Assembly: GCA_963703345.1 (NCBI GenBank)
Contig: OY969814.1
Location: 32,001 to 96,000, forward strand
DNA from: an uncultured Chloroflexia bacterium
GTDB taxonomy: Bacteria; Chloroflexota; Dehalococcoidia; DSTF01; JALHUB01
Length of the DNA stretch: 64,000 bases
Reading direction: 5' to 3'
How positions within the stretch are numbered: position 1 is the stretch's first letter; the number at the start of each line of letters is the position of its first letter. The position numbers were made by a program, and so were the translations under genes. Under the pieces are notes generated by a model. It searched no databases. It was given only the letters and a program-made list of their open reading frames with translations, and was not told the origin of the DNA. Below are positions 30,495 to 40,255 of this stretch, in pieces.

Positions 30495-31567
30495 GCCTTG
30501 CTCTTGGCGATGAACTCCTCCACCATTGCCCGCGCGCGGTCGTCCGTGTACTGCTTGGGCGGCGACTTCATGAAGTAGGAAGAGGGACCCACCAGCGCTC
30601 CCGATATCCCGCGGTCGAGCGCGAGCTTGCAACAGCGGATAGCATCGATGACGACGCCGGCGGAGTTGGGGCTGTCCCACACTTCCAGCTTGAGCTCCAG
30701 GTTGAGCGGCACGTTCCCGAACGTCGTCCCTTCCATGCGTATGTGGCACCACTTGCGGTCGAGCAGCCAGGGAATGTAGTCGCTGGGGCCGACGTGGATG
30801 TCGTCGGCCGGCATCTCGTAGTCGAGCTGCGACGTAACGGCGTTAGTCTTGGAGATCTTCTTCGATTCCAGACGCTCGCGCTCCAGCATATTGAGGAAGT
30901 CGGTGTTGCCGCCGAAGTTGAGCTGGTACATTCGGTCGATGCGGACGCCGCGGTCGCGGAAAAGGCGCGTGAGCACGCGGTGAGTGATCGTCGCGCCTAC
31001 CTGCGACTTGACGTCGTCGCCGATAACGGGGAGGTTGCGCTCCTTGAAGCGGCTCTGCCAGTAAGGTTCGCGCGCGATGAACACGGGTATGCAGTTGATG
31101 AGGCCGCAGCCCGCGGTCAGCACCTGCTCGACGTACCACTTCGTCGCTTCCTCGCTGCCGACCGGCAGGTAGTTGAGGACGACGTGCGTCTCAGTGTCAC
31201 GCAGGATGCCGACGATGTCGTCGGTTGGGCCCGGCGCCTTCTTGATGATCTGTGAGAGGTACTTGCCCAGGCCGTCGTGGACCATGCCGCGATGGACGCG
31301 CACGCCCATCGCAGGCACGTCGGCGAACTTGAACGTGTTGTTGGGCGCCGTATAAATGGCCTCCGAGAGGTCCTTGCCGACCTTGTTGGCGTCGATATCG
31401 AAGGCGGCGACGAAGTTGACGTCGCCGATGTGGTAACCGCCGAGGTTGGGGTGCATTATGCCGGGGATCGTCTTGTCGTCACCGGCGTCGCGGTAGAAGT
31501 GGACGCCCTGGACAAGGGAGGAGGCGCAGTTGCCCACGCCGATGATGGCCACGTTTATCTTTCCCAC
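30491..31567 (-). CDS. ino1: myo-inositol-1-phosphate synthase
   Basis: [55 protein letters not shown]. Confidence 0.95.
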   Translation of the reverse strand: MGKINVAIIGVGNCASSLVQGVHFYRDAGDDKTIPGIMHPNLGGYHIGDVNFVAAFDIDANKVGKDLSEAIYTAPNNTFKFADVPAMGVRVHRGMVHDGLGKYLSQIIKKAPGPTDDIVGILRDTETHVVLNYLPVGSEEATKWYVEQVLTAGCGLINCIPVFIAREPYWQSRFKERNLPVIGDDVKSQVGATITHRVLTRLFRDRGVRIDRMYQLNFGGNTDFLNMLERERLESKKISKTNAVTSQLDYEMPADDIHVGPSDYIPWLLDRKWCHIRMEGTTFGNVPLNLELKLEVWDSPNSAGVVIDAIRCCKLALDRGISGALVGPSSYFMKSPPKQYTDDRARAMVEEFIAKSKA

Positions 31568-31772
31568 GTTACACACTCCAGGAATCAGCCGGCGTGCTCA
31601 GGTCCATCTCAGCCCATCCCTCGGCAGTGCCGCTCCCGATCGCCGGCAGTGGGGAAAGCGGGACGGCCCGCTGCATTCTATCAATAGCGGCCGTTCACCG
31701 GCAAGCGAAAGGAAGACGAGGATTGTTCGCGAGAATACCGATGAAAGAGCAGGCCGACGGGCGTGAAGGGCG

Positions 31773-32642
31773 TTAGATGGCCCAGCGCGAACGCGCCATC
31801 TCGCGCTCTTCTCTCGCCAGCGTCAGGTTGTGACGGGCGCGACCGACGAGCGCTTCCGCCCCCTGCTCGTGCTCCATGATGGAGGCGACGCCAATGGAGA
31901 CGCCGATGGGAAAGCTGAGCGGCCGGCCTTCGAGGACCAGCGTCGTGGATGGGCCGTCGAGATACTGCCGTACACGCTCGGCGAAGGCCTCGGCCCCGTC
32001 GCGGTCGCAATCCAAAAGGAGGATGGCGAACTCGTCGTCCGCCAGGCGCACGGCCACGTCCGAGCCGCGCTTAGCCGATTCGATAACTCCGGCGACGCGG
32101 CCGAGGGCGGCGCAACCGGCTGCGTCGCCGTAAGCATGGTTGATCATCCGTAGACTGTTCACGTTCAGGACGGCCACGGAGAAAGCTTCGCCATAGCGAC
32201 GCGCCCGCGAATACTCTTCGCGCAGTCGCAGCCAGAAGTACTGCTCATCAGGCAGCCCGGTGACGGCGTCGCGCGTCAGAGGCAGGCCCGTACGCACCAA
32301 ACCGTTCCTTGCGCTGCGCAATCGCACGAGGGCCGTGACGCACACGACGCAGACGGCAAACGCCAACGGAAACCGCATCGCCGTTATGTAGGGCTGCGAA
32401 TCGGCGCGCTCTGCCAGTCCGAGAAGCAGCGAGGAGGTGACGAGCGCGAGCGCCAGAAAGAGGTAGCGCTCCAGCTCGCGCAGTTCCGGAGGCGTCGCCC
32501 GCACGGCCGCGACTTTGCCGCGCAGGTGCAGAGGATGCAGACTGGGACGGTGCCAGCCGGGCGCTTCCTCCAGGCGAGAGACACGGCGGGCGGCCGCGTC
32601 TTCGCCCGAAAAGGTCTGCTGTTCCCCCAACGAATGCTTCAT
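31773..32642 (-). CDS. Membrane protein with degenerate GGDEF domain (ADDEF; RxxD I-site present)
   Basis: Two TM helices, then RDAVTGLP...RGSDVAVRLADDEF. Start uncertain (ATG 32642 or GTG 32864). Confidence 0.75.
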   Translation of the reverse strand: MKHSLGEQQTFSGEDAAARRVSRLEEAPGWHRPSLHPLHLRGKVAAVRATPPELRELERYLFLALALVTSSLLLGLAERADSQPYITAMRFPLAFAVCVVCVTALVRLRSARNGLVRTGLPLTRDAVTGLPDEQYFWLRLREEYSRARRYGEAFSVAVLNVNSLRMINHAYGDAAGCAALGRVAGVIESAKRGSDVAVRLADDEFAILLLDCDRDGAEAFAERVRQYLDGPSTTLVLEGRPLSFPIGVSIGVASIMEHEQGAEALVGRARHNLTLAREEREMARSRWAI

Positions 32643-32784
32643 TGACCGAACGCTCCCGGGTCTGCCCATCCAGTAGATCATCGGCCGATTGCTGCTTACC
32701 TGATGGGCGTTTGAAGGCGAAATTTGCGAAACGGGCGGCGGCGAGAAGCGGCGAGCGCGGTCTGCGGCAGTTGTAACGCCATCT

Positions 32785-32810
32785 CGGGCCGCTCGGGTTG
32801 CCGAGCGGCC
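32785..32810. repeat. REP-like hairpin, copy 2
   Basis: Identical to 1641-1666; both copies are preceded by CGCCATC. Confidence 0.7.
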
Positions 32811-32860
32811 TCTCCCCTGCGGCGGGACCTCGTCGCTCCTGAGCGTCATCTTCGGCCGGG

Positions 32861-33556
32861 TCACGCCGTCTCTTTACCGCCGATCTCTGCGTATGCCATC
32901 GCGATCTCGTCGCCGTCCTTGCCGAACACGACGACGTAGTCGAGATACGGATCGTCGACCCGGAAGGAGACGGTTACCGGCGAAGGAGACCCGAGCTCGA
33001 AGTCGGCCCGAGGATGGTTGAGGAAGACGCCGTAGCCTCGACTACTGGAGCACGAGGGATTCATCAGTCCCACCGCTGCCGGACAAAGAACGCGCTCCTC
33101 AGCCGACAGCTCGAAGCTTTCGTGGAAGGCGACGCGGCCGCGGGAATCGCGCGAGTAGCCAAGCGGCAGCGACACGAGGCGCGTCGGCGTTACGTCGCCG
33201 ATCTGCTGGACGATGATCTTTCGCCCCGCGAAATCGAAGACGCCGTAGTGGAAGGGACGGCGGACAACCCGTAGCTCGAGCGCCCGGCTGCGCACAACAA
33301 TCCGGCCTTCCCGCGTCTCCACTCTCACCTGCTCCGACGACTCCATCGCATCCACGCGGATCGGGCCATCAGCGACCCGTCGGCAGCGGACGCGGACGGC
33401 CTGCGGCGAGACGAAGCGGACATCCAGCGTCATCGCCTCGCCGTCGTTCGTCAGCACAGCGAAGCGGGCGCCGCCGGGCACACGATGATAGCGCTGCACT
33501 CGCGAGAGGTAGCGGTAGCTGCGCGTCGGGTCGTCGAAGATCGTGACTTCCGGCAT
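32861..33556 (-). CDS. GH31 (YicI-like) N-terminal beta-sandwich-only protein, possibly a remnant
   Basis: SSRGYGVFLNH, FELGS, LDYVVVFG...YAEIGGK match the GH31 N-terminal region; the ORF stops before the catalytic barrel; GGGAGG SD. Confidence 0.6.
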   Translation of the reverse strand: MPEVTIFDDPTRSYRYLSRVQRYHRVPGGARFAVLTNDGEAMTLDVRFVSPQAVRVRCRRVADGPIRVDAMESSEQVRVETREGRIVVRSRALELRVVRRPFHYGVFDFAGRKIIVQQIGDVTPTRLVSLPLGYSRDSRGRVAFHESFELSAEERVLCPAAVGLMNPSCSSSRGYGVFLNHPRADFELGSPSPVTVSFRVDDPYLDYVVVFGKDGDEIAMAYAEIGGKETA

Positions 33557-33769
33557 GGCCTCCCTTCCGCCGTCGCTTCATTCTAGGGCCGCCGCAGCTT
33601 CCAGAGAACGACAGCGTAAGGAAAGCACAGGAAAAGCGCTGGAAAAGCGTCAAGCTCCGGATCTGCGGCAACGCTACGATGGCGGCAGCAACGGCGATTT
33701 GTGGCCGGGGGTTTTCGAGTAGACGGTGGGGCGGTCAAACGGGCGGCGCCTGAGCGGGCCGCCGCTCGT

Positions 33770-36607
33770 TCACAGGTCGAGACGAAATCCCCGGCCTCTT
33801 ATTGTCACAATGAAGAGCTTCGAGGCGCCGGCCGCGCGCAGGCGATCGCGGACACGGTGGACCAGGGCGTCGACCGCCTCATCCGAGACCCCGCCGAACG
33901 CTTCCGGCCAGGCGCGTTGAATGATATCGTCGCGCAGACACAGCTTGCCGGCGTTCTCAAAGAGATAAGCCAGCAGCGAGTACTGCTCGCGGGACAGCGG
34001 CGGCATAATCTCTTTCCCTCTAACGAAGACTTGCTGGGTTCTCGTGTTGACGTAAAGCTCTTGCTCCTCTAACGGCTCCGCGACAAGCACCGGGAGCGCA
34101 CCGACGCCGGTCGTCGCCAGCACCGCCTCTGACGGCACAATTGCAGTAACGCGTCTACGCCGCCGAACGCGCACGAGCACGACGGCGCCGGCGGCAAGCG
34201 CAACCGCGGTCGCCATCGAAATCGACAGGATGAGCGGGAGGACAAGATCCCGGCTGCCCGACCCGCCGGCGGCGAGGTTCTGCACCGTCAGCGGTTCTGC
34301 GGACCAGGCGAGATCGCCGCTCTTGACCGTCAGACCAACGTTGCCCGACTGGTCGATGGTACCCTGGGCGCCTGCAATGCCGTCGATGGCCTGGGCCGCC
34401 ATGTCCTGGATTGTGCCGTCAGGAAGGTTGAGCACAAAGTCCACTTTCGTACCGTTCGGCACGCGATGCCCGTTCTTGGCGACCAGCGTCAACGTCAGCG
34501 CGAGCGTGAACGGCTCGCCGACGAGCAATTGCGGCGGGTCGACGCTAAGGGCCGGCGTTTGTGTCGGGTCCGCAGTGACGCTATCGCTGAGGTCGTTTAC
34601 AACGTAGCCCTCGTAGATGTAGTCGACGGGGAGCTTGCCGCTCGTAACGCCGTCGCGGAGGATCGTCGGGTCCTGGAAGAGGACCTTCAGCGTCGCCTTG
34701 AGCGACGGCTCGATCTTGCTGTACGCGGCGACGAACAAGTTTACGTTGCGCAGCTCGCCGGAGTCGAGATGATAAGGCGAGTTGTAGGCGAAGACGACGA
34801 CCTTCTTCGAACGCAAGTCGAAGAGGGCCGGGCCGCTGCGCAGGAAGTCCTTCAGGACGCCGGACGAAGGGTAGTTGGGGTCGGGCTCGAGGAAGGCGAA
34901 GACGATCCATCCCGCGTCCTCAACCGCCTTCTTGACCGCCGCATCCCCCTTGCCCGCCAGCACGGCGCCAAGCTGCGTGAAGCTGATAGTGTTCAGGTTC
35001 TCCTTCGGCACGCGCCCCGGGAACATCTGGTCAACCAGGCTTGCCAGCTTGCCGCGCGGCCAGAGAGGCGGATAGCTCGTATCGGTCCCGGGCGTGGCGC
35101 AGCCGGCATCGTCCCAGCACTCGACGAAGAGGATGTGGTCGGCAGCGCCGGGAACGGGCATCTGCCGCTGGAGCTCTTCGCTTGTCGTCGGCAGGATGAG
35201 AGTGAGCGCGTCGTCGGCTATCGAGGTCACTTCGCTCAGCCTGTCCGGCTGGCCCACCTTTCCCTGGTACTCCGGCATCTTCGTGATCGTCGCCGCATCG
35301 AAGCCGCCGTACAGCCGCGACTTGAGCGTGAGCACCCGACGGGCGGCGTCGTCTATGCGCGCCTTCACCATCGGGTCGGCGTCGTAGCGGCTGACCAGGT
35401 AGTCAACGGTTGCGGTCAGATCCTCCCACTGCCAGGGACGGATCAGCGGCAGCAGGTCGTTTCCGGCCATCAGCGCTTCCAGCGCCAAGTCCGCCTGACG
35501 GTAGGTGCCAAACTTCAGTTGCGCGTAGGCTTCGACGGCGCCGGTTGCCAGGTCGTCGGCAACAGTCACGCCGCCCGCCTGCCGCCAGGCAGCGAAGTAC
35601 GGCAGCCCGAAGAACGATTGCATGCAGGTGGGGCTGAAGCCGACCGGCGTCCCCGCTTCGCAGCCGGCGACCCCGGAGTAGCTGAGATGCGAGATCATGA
35701 TGCCGTCGGCGGTCCCCTTGTCACCCGGCTTCCCCTGCGAGACGGTGGCGAATGGAAGGAGGTCGACTTGCGCCAGCGCGTCCAGCGTCTTTCCTACGAC
35801 AACCGGCACGTCCACGGACTCCACCGAGCGCGTGCTCTCCCCGTGACCCGGGAAGTGCTTGGCAACCGCGGCCAGCTTCCCGCCGCCGCACTGCTGGATG
35901 CCGCTAACGTAGGCCGCGCCCATCTCGCCGACCCAGCGCGGGTCGCCGCCGAACACCCGTATCCCCTGGTCCCCGGCGCCGCCCGAGCGCGGCAGGTCGA
36001 GCACGTCGAGATCGGGACCGAAGAGCATGTTGACGCCCACCGCCGAAAGCTCCTGGCCGACAATGCAGCCTATCTTCTCCGCCTGGGCCGGATCGAAGGT
36101 GGCGCCGATCGTCATGTTGCTAGGGATGGGCGTGAAGCGATTGAGCAGTCGCGTCGCCGGCCGGTCGTCGCCCTCGTGGTCGATGCTCACCAGCAACGGC
36201 AGGCAGTACGTCACGCCGTTGACGGTAACGCTCATGGAGGAGCAGGCGGTCTTTTGCAGATCGTTCGTCAGGCGGGCTACCTGGGCGGGCGTGTCGGGAT
36301 CAGCTTCAGCGGGAAAGCCGCATCCCTGCGGATCGTGGTTCGTGCCGTTGAAGATGTTGCAGGTCTCGCGGCTGAGGTAGACGCCGCCGAGTTGATGGTC
36401 GTTGATGAACTGGCGCACATCAGGCGTCACCTCGTCGCCCTGGAAGCCGCTGATGAAGAGCTGCTCGACCTTTTGCCGCGCCGTCAGAGCCGCCAGTATC
36501 TTGTCGACGACATCGCTGGTTTGCGGGGTCGAGCGGGCGTACGCCGTCGGCGCGTTAAGGAACACGCCGCAGAGAAGCAGCGCCAATAGGACTCGTCGCG
36601 GTCCCAT
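33770..36607 (-). CDS. Signal peptide-GH3 (NagZ-like)-beta domain-TM-OmpR-type winged-helix fusion protein
   Basis: Signal peptide ...PTAYA; GH3 motifs SIDHEG, GVNMLFGPDLDV, KHFPGHG, ADDL, AGND; TM followed by RRRRR; C-terminal LSREQYSLLAYL...VDALVHRVRDRL...IVTIRGRGFRL. Confidence 0.85.
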   Translation of the reverse strand: MGPRRVLLALLLCGVFLNAPTAYARSTPQTSDVVDKILAALTARQKVEQLFISGFQGDEVTPDVRQFINDHQLGGVYLSRETCNIFNGTNHDPQGCGFPAEADPDTPAQVARLTNDLQKTACSSMSVTVNGVTYCLPLLVSIDHEGDDRPATRLLNRFTPIPSNMTIGATFDPAQAEKIGCIVGQELSAVGVNMLFGPDLDVLDLPRSGGAGDQGIRVFGGDPRWVGEMGAAYVSGIQQCGGGKLAAVAKHFPGHGESTRSVESVDVPVVVGKTLDALAQVDLLPFATVSQGKPGDKGTADGIMISHLSYSGVAGCEAGTPVGFSPTCMQSFFGLPYFAAWRQAGGVTVADDLATGAVEAYAQLKFGTYRQADLALEALMAGNDLLPLIRPWQWEDLTATVDYLVSRYDADPMVKARIDDAARRVLTLKSRLYGGFDAATITKMPEYQGKVGQPDRLSEVTSIADDALTLILPTTSEELQRQMPVPGAADHILFVECWDDAGCATPGTDTSYPPLWPRGKLASLVDQMFPGRVPKENLNTISFTQLGAVLAGKGDAAVKKAVEDAGWIVFAFLEPDPNYPSSGVLKDFLRSGPALFDLRSKKVVVFAYNSPYHLDSGELRNVNLFVAAYSKIEPSLKATLKVLFQDPTILRDGVTSGKLPVDYIYEGYVVNDLSDSVTADPTQTPALSVDPPQLLVGEPFTLALTLTLVAKNGHRVPNGTKVDFVLNLPDGTIQDMAAQAIDGIAGAQGTIDQSGNVGLTVKSGDLAWSAEPLTVQNLAAGGSGSRDLVLPLILSISMATAVALAAGAVVLVRVRRRRRVTAIVPSEAVLATTGVGALPVLVAEPLEEQELYVNTRTQQVFVRGKEIMPPLSREQYSLLAYLFENAGKLCLRDDIIQRAWPEAFGGVSDEAVDALVHRVRDRLRAAGASKLFIVTIRGRGFRLDL

Positions 36608-36665
36608 GCTAGGCAGAGTATAGGCTCCAGCAGCGCTGAAGCATAGGGGTCTAGGGATGCTTTTC

Positions 36666-38162
36666 CTAACGAACCCAGTGCCTGGCGCGATCCACGGCTT
36701 GCTTCCAGCCGGCGTACATCTCCTCGCGCCTGGCTTCGTCCATCTGCGGCTCAAAGACGCGGTCGGCGTGCCAGAGCCGGCCCAACTCGTCGCGACTCGA
36801 CCAGAAGCCAGCGCCCAGTCCGGCCAGGAACGCCGCGCCCAGGGCGGTCGTCTCCAGCACGGCGGAGCGCAGCACGCGACGCCCCAGGATGTCGGCCTGG
36901 ATCTGCATCAGCAGGTTGTTGCGGGCGGCGCCGCCGTCGACGCGCAGCTCCGGCATGCTCACACCCGACTCTCGCTCCATCGCCTCGACGACGTCGCGCG
37001 ACTGGAAAGCGATCGCCTCCAGCGTCGCGCGGGCGATGTGGGCGGCAGTCGTGCCCCGCGTCATGCCGAGGATGGCGCCGCGGGCGTACTGGTCCCAGTA
37101 AGGCGCGCCAAGGCCAACGAAGGCGGGCACCATATAGACGCCATCGCTGGACTCGACGCCGGAAGCGAGCGATTCGACTTCGCTTGACCTGCCGATTACC
37201 CCGAGCCCATCGCGCAGCCAGGCGACAGCCGCGCCGGTGACGAAGATGCTCCCCTCCAGCGCATATCCCAGCTCATCGCCGAGCTGCGAGGCGACGGTCG
37301 CAAGCATCGTCTGCGACGGCGCGACCCGGTCGCCGGTGTGCATGAGGACGAAGGAGCCGGTGCCGTAGGTGTTCTTCGCCATTCCCGGGCTGAAGCAGCC
37401 CTGGCCGAAGAGCGACGCTTGCTGGTCGCCGGCGATGCCCGCCACGGGCGCTTCGATCCCCAGCAGCGACTTCTCGGTGGTGCCGACGGCGCCGCTGGAG
37501 GGCCGGATCTCAGGCAGGACGGCCTCCGGCACATCCAGCTCGCGCAGCAGATCGGGGTCCCAGGCGCCGCGACGCAGATTGTAGAGCATCGTGCGGGAGG
37601 CGTTCGTGGCGTCGGTCACGTGAGCGGCGCCGCCGGTGAGGCGGTAGGTGAGCCAGCTATCAACGGTTCCGAACGCCAGCTCGCCCCGCTCCGCCTTTCG
37701 CCGCGCCCCGTCGACGTTGTCCAATATCCAGCGCAGCTTCGTACCCGAGAAGTAGGCGTCGATGACGAGGCCGGTGCGTTCGCGGACAAACGATTCCATG
37801 CCCCGCGCGCGCATCTCGTCGCACATCGAAGCGGTGCGCCGGCACTGCCAAACGATGGCGTTGTAGACGGGCCGGCCGCTGGCGCGCTCCCAGACGATCG
37901 TCGTCTCCCGCTGGTTCGTTACGCCGACCGCGGCGACGTCCGAGGCGTCGATGCCCGTCTGAGCGGCCTTTCGCAGCACCTGCCTGGCGGCAGCAAGCTG
38001 GGAGGACCAGATCTCCTCGGGGTCGTGCTCCACCCAGCCGGCCTGGGGGTAGATCTGCCGGAAGGACTCGCCGGCCTCAACGACCGGTTTCCCGACTTCG
38101 TCGAAGAGGACGGCGCGGGAGCTGGAGGTCCCCTGGTCAAGCGATAGGATGTAGCGGGCCGT
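36666..38162 (-). CDS. glpK: Glycerol kinase; probable ACG start
   Basis: [52 protein letters not shown]. An ACG start at 38162 gives 498 aa. Confidence 0.93.
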   Translation of the reverse strand, partial: TARYILSLDQGTSSSRAVLFDEVGKPVVEAGESFRQIYPQAGWVEHDPEEIWSSQLAAARQVLRKAAQTGIDASDVAAVGVTNQRETTIVWERASGRPVYNAIVWQCRRTASMCDEMRARGMESFVRERTGLVIDAYFSGTKLRWILDNVDGARRKAERGELAFGTVDSWLTYRLTGGAAHVTDATNASRTMLYNLRRGAWDPDLLRELDVPEAVLPEIRPSSGAVGTTEKSLLGIEAPVAGIAGDQQASLFGQGCFSPGMAKNTYGTGSFVLMHTGDRVAPSQTMLATVASQLGDELGYALEGSIFVTGAAVAWLRDGLGVIGRSSEVESLASGVESSDGVYMVPAFVGLGAPYWDQYARGAILGMTRGTTAAHIARATLEAIAFQSRDVVEAMERESGVSMPELRVDGGAARNNLLMQIQADILGRRVLRSAVLETTALGAAFLAGLGAGFWSSRDELGRLWHADRVFEPQMDEARREEMYAGWKQAVDRARHWVR

Positions 38163-38282
38163 CGCCGTTCCCTCGAGCGTTTTGCGTCAGTATAAGCCAG
38201 CCAAGCCGCATGAGGTCAACGCCTATATTCATCGCTCCCCACCTTGGCTCCGAGTGGAGTATCATGCGAACGGAGGCGCAAG

Positions 38283-39710
38283 ATGCCCGTATTCCGAAGG
38301 ACGAAGATCGTCGTTACGCTGGGGCCGGCCACAGACCGCGGCGAAACGCTGCGCCATCTCCTGGAGGCCGGCGCCGACGTCGCCCGCCTCAACTTCTCCC
38401 ACGACACCACCGACTCGCATGCCGCCCGCATCGCCAGCGTCCGGCAACTGGCCCACGAGACGGGGCGGGTGGTCGCCGTCATGCAGGACTTGCAGGGCCC
38501 GCGCATCCGGACCGGCCCCCTCGTCGATGGGCATGCCGTCACGCTGCACGAGGGCGCGCCCTTCGTCCTCACCACCCGGCCCCTGGCGGGCACGGCGGAA
38601 CGCGTCTCGACCAACTTCGCGGCGTTGCCGCAGGCGGTGGCCGCCGGCGACCGCGTCCTCATCAACGACGGCCTCCTTGAGCTGCGCGTCGACCGCGTGG
38701 CCGGCGACGAAGTGCGCTGCACGGTCGTCCACGGCGGCAGGCTGGCGGAGCACAAAGGGATCAATCTGCCCCAGGCGCGAATCGCCATCGCCGGGCTGAC
38801 GGACAAGGACCGCGACGACCTCCGCTTCGGCCTGTCGAAGGGCGTGGACATGGTCGCGCTCAGCTTCGTCAGCGGGCCGGAGGACGCCCGCGAAGCGCGA
38901 CAGATCATCGACGAAAGCGGCCAGAAGGTTCCCCTGCTGGCGAAGATCGAGCGGCCGCAGGCGCTGGAGCGGCTCGATGCCGTGCTGCGCGCTTTCGACG
39001 GCGTGATGGTTGCCCGCGGCGACCTGGCGATCGAGGTGTCGGCGGAAGTGGTGCCGGTCGCCCAGAAGCGCATCATCGAGCGGGCGAACTACTTCGGCAA
39101 GCCGGTCATCACGGCGACGCAGATGCTCGACTCCATGACGCGCAACCCTTCGCCCACGCGGGCGGAAGCCTCGGACGTCGCTAACGCGGTGCTCGACGGC
39201 ACGGACGCGGTGATGCTCAGCGGCGAGACGGCGGTCGGCCGCTACCCCGTGGCGGCGGTGCAGGCGATGGACCGCATCATCTGCGAAGCGGAGACTCTGG
39301 CAACGCCGGTCGTGTCCACGGGCGTGAGATATCGCCGCACGCACGCCCATGCCGTCTGCGACGCCGCGGTCACGCTGGTCAGGGACATCGAAGCCGACGC
39401 TCTCGCCGCGCACACGCGCTCCGGGCGCACCGCGCAGATCCTCTCCAAGCTGCGTCCGCCGTCGCCCATCTTCGCCCTCACCGAGCGGGAGCCGATAGCG
39501 CGAAGGCTGGCGCTCTGGCGCGGCGTCGTGCCGCTGGTGATGAAGCGGCGCAATCGCGGCGAGGAGATGTTCAGTTGCATCGCCCGCGAGCTCGGCGGCC
39601 GCCGGGTCGTCGACGACGGCGGCATCGCGGTCGTCGTCGGCACCGCGCCGCAGGGGCCGCCGGGCCACACGAACTTCATCCGGCTTCTGCACGTCGCGGG
39701 CGGTCGCTAG
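38283..39710 (+). CDS. pyk: Pyruvate kinase
   Basis: RTKIVVTLGP, RLNFSH, DLQGP, AKIE, MVARGDL, ATQML, PTRAE, MLSGETA. Confidence 0.96.
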   Translation: MPVFRRTKIVVTLGPATDRGETLRHLLEAGADVARLNFSHDTTDSHAARIASVRQLAHETGRVVAVMQDLQGPRIRTGPLVDGHAVTLHEGAPFVLTTRPLAGTAERVSTNFAALPQAVAAGDRVLINDGLLELRVDRVAGDEVRCTVVHGGRLAEHKGINLPQARIAIAGLTDKDRDDLRFGLSKGVDMVALSFVSGPEDAREARQIIDESGQKVPLLAKIERPQALERLDAVLRAFDGVMVARGDLAIEVSAEVVPVAQKRIIERANYFGKPVITATQMLDSMTRNPSPTRAEASDVANAVLDGTDAVMLSGETAVGRYPVAAVQAMDRIICEAETLATPVVSTGVRYRRTHAHAVCDAAVTLVRDIEADALAAHTRSGRTAQILSKLRPPSPIFALTEREPIARRLALWRGVVPLVMKRRNRGEEMFSCIARELGGRRVVDDGGIAVVVGTAPQGPPGHTNFIRLLHVAGGR

Positions 39711-39800
39711 GCGGAGATCGCCCAACCCCGCAAAGCCCGCCCGGCGATCCGCTTCGGCCTGCACACATCGCCCGTTCGGCCGATTATTCATTAGAGGCCG

Positions 39801-40250
39801 ATGAAGAAGAGCGAAGCCTACAAGGTCCTCAATATCAGTCCGCCCGCCGGCCGCCGCCAGGTCGAGGACGCGTACTGGCAGCAGGCGCACGACTGCCGCG
39901 AGGGCTTCGGGCATCAGCCGAACGCGCGCGAGCGGCTGCTGGAGTTGAACGAGGCATACTCCATCCTGACGAACCGAGAGCGCCTGGCCCCGCTGGAGAT
40001 AATCGAGAGGCCGCCGGAGCCGGACCCCTGGTCGCTGGGCTGGGAGGCGTTCGTCTCGTGGGTGCGAGGGCTGATTGGAAGCACCGCGGCTCGCTGGCCG
40101 GGACGCGGCGCCGAGATCGCCGCCCTCACCGCCTGCCTGCTTTCCCTGGCGGGACTGGCCATCGCGAACGGCGCCGGCCTGCTCTGGACCCTGCTGCCGC
40201 TGGCGGCGGGCCTCGTCGTCATCCGGGCGCCCTGGCGACGCCTCGGGTAG
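39801..40250 (+). CDS. J-domain-like protein lacking HPD, with C-terminal TM pair
   Basis: AYKVLNI...VEDAY...LNEAYSIL; the HPD position reads HDC. Confidence 0.55.
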   Translation: MKKSEAYKVLNISPPAGRRQVEDAYWQQAHDCREGFGHQPNARERLLELNEAYSILTNRERLAPLEIIERPPEPDPWSLGWEAFVSWVRGLIGSTAARWPGRGAEIAALTACLLSLAGLAIANGAGLLWTLLPLAAGLVVIRAPWRRLG

Positions 40251-40255
40251 CCACG

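Noticed and set aside
34466-36589. 707-aa plus-strand ORF (and similar long antisense or alternative-frame ORFs such as 16864-18726, 38262-39914, 40760-42409)
   Set aside because: Shadow ORFs of well-supported genes caused by GC3 bias; no recognisable motifs.
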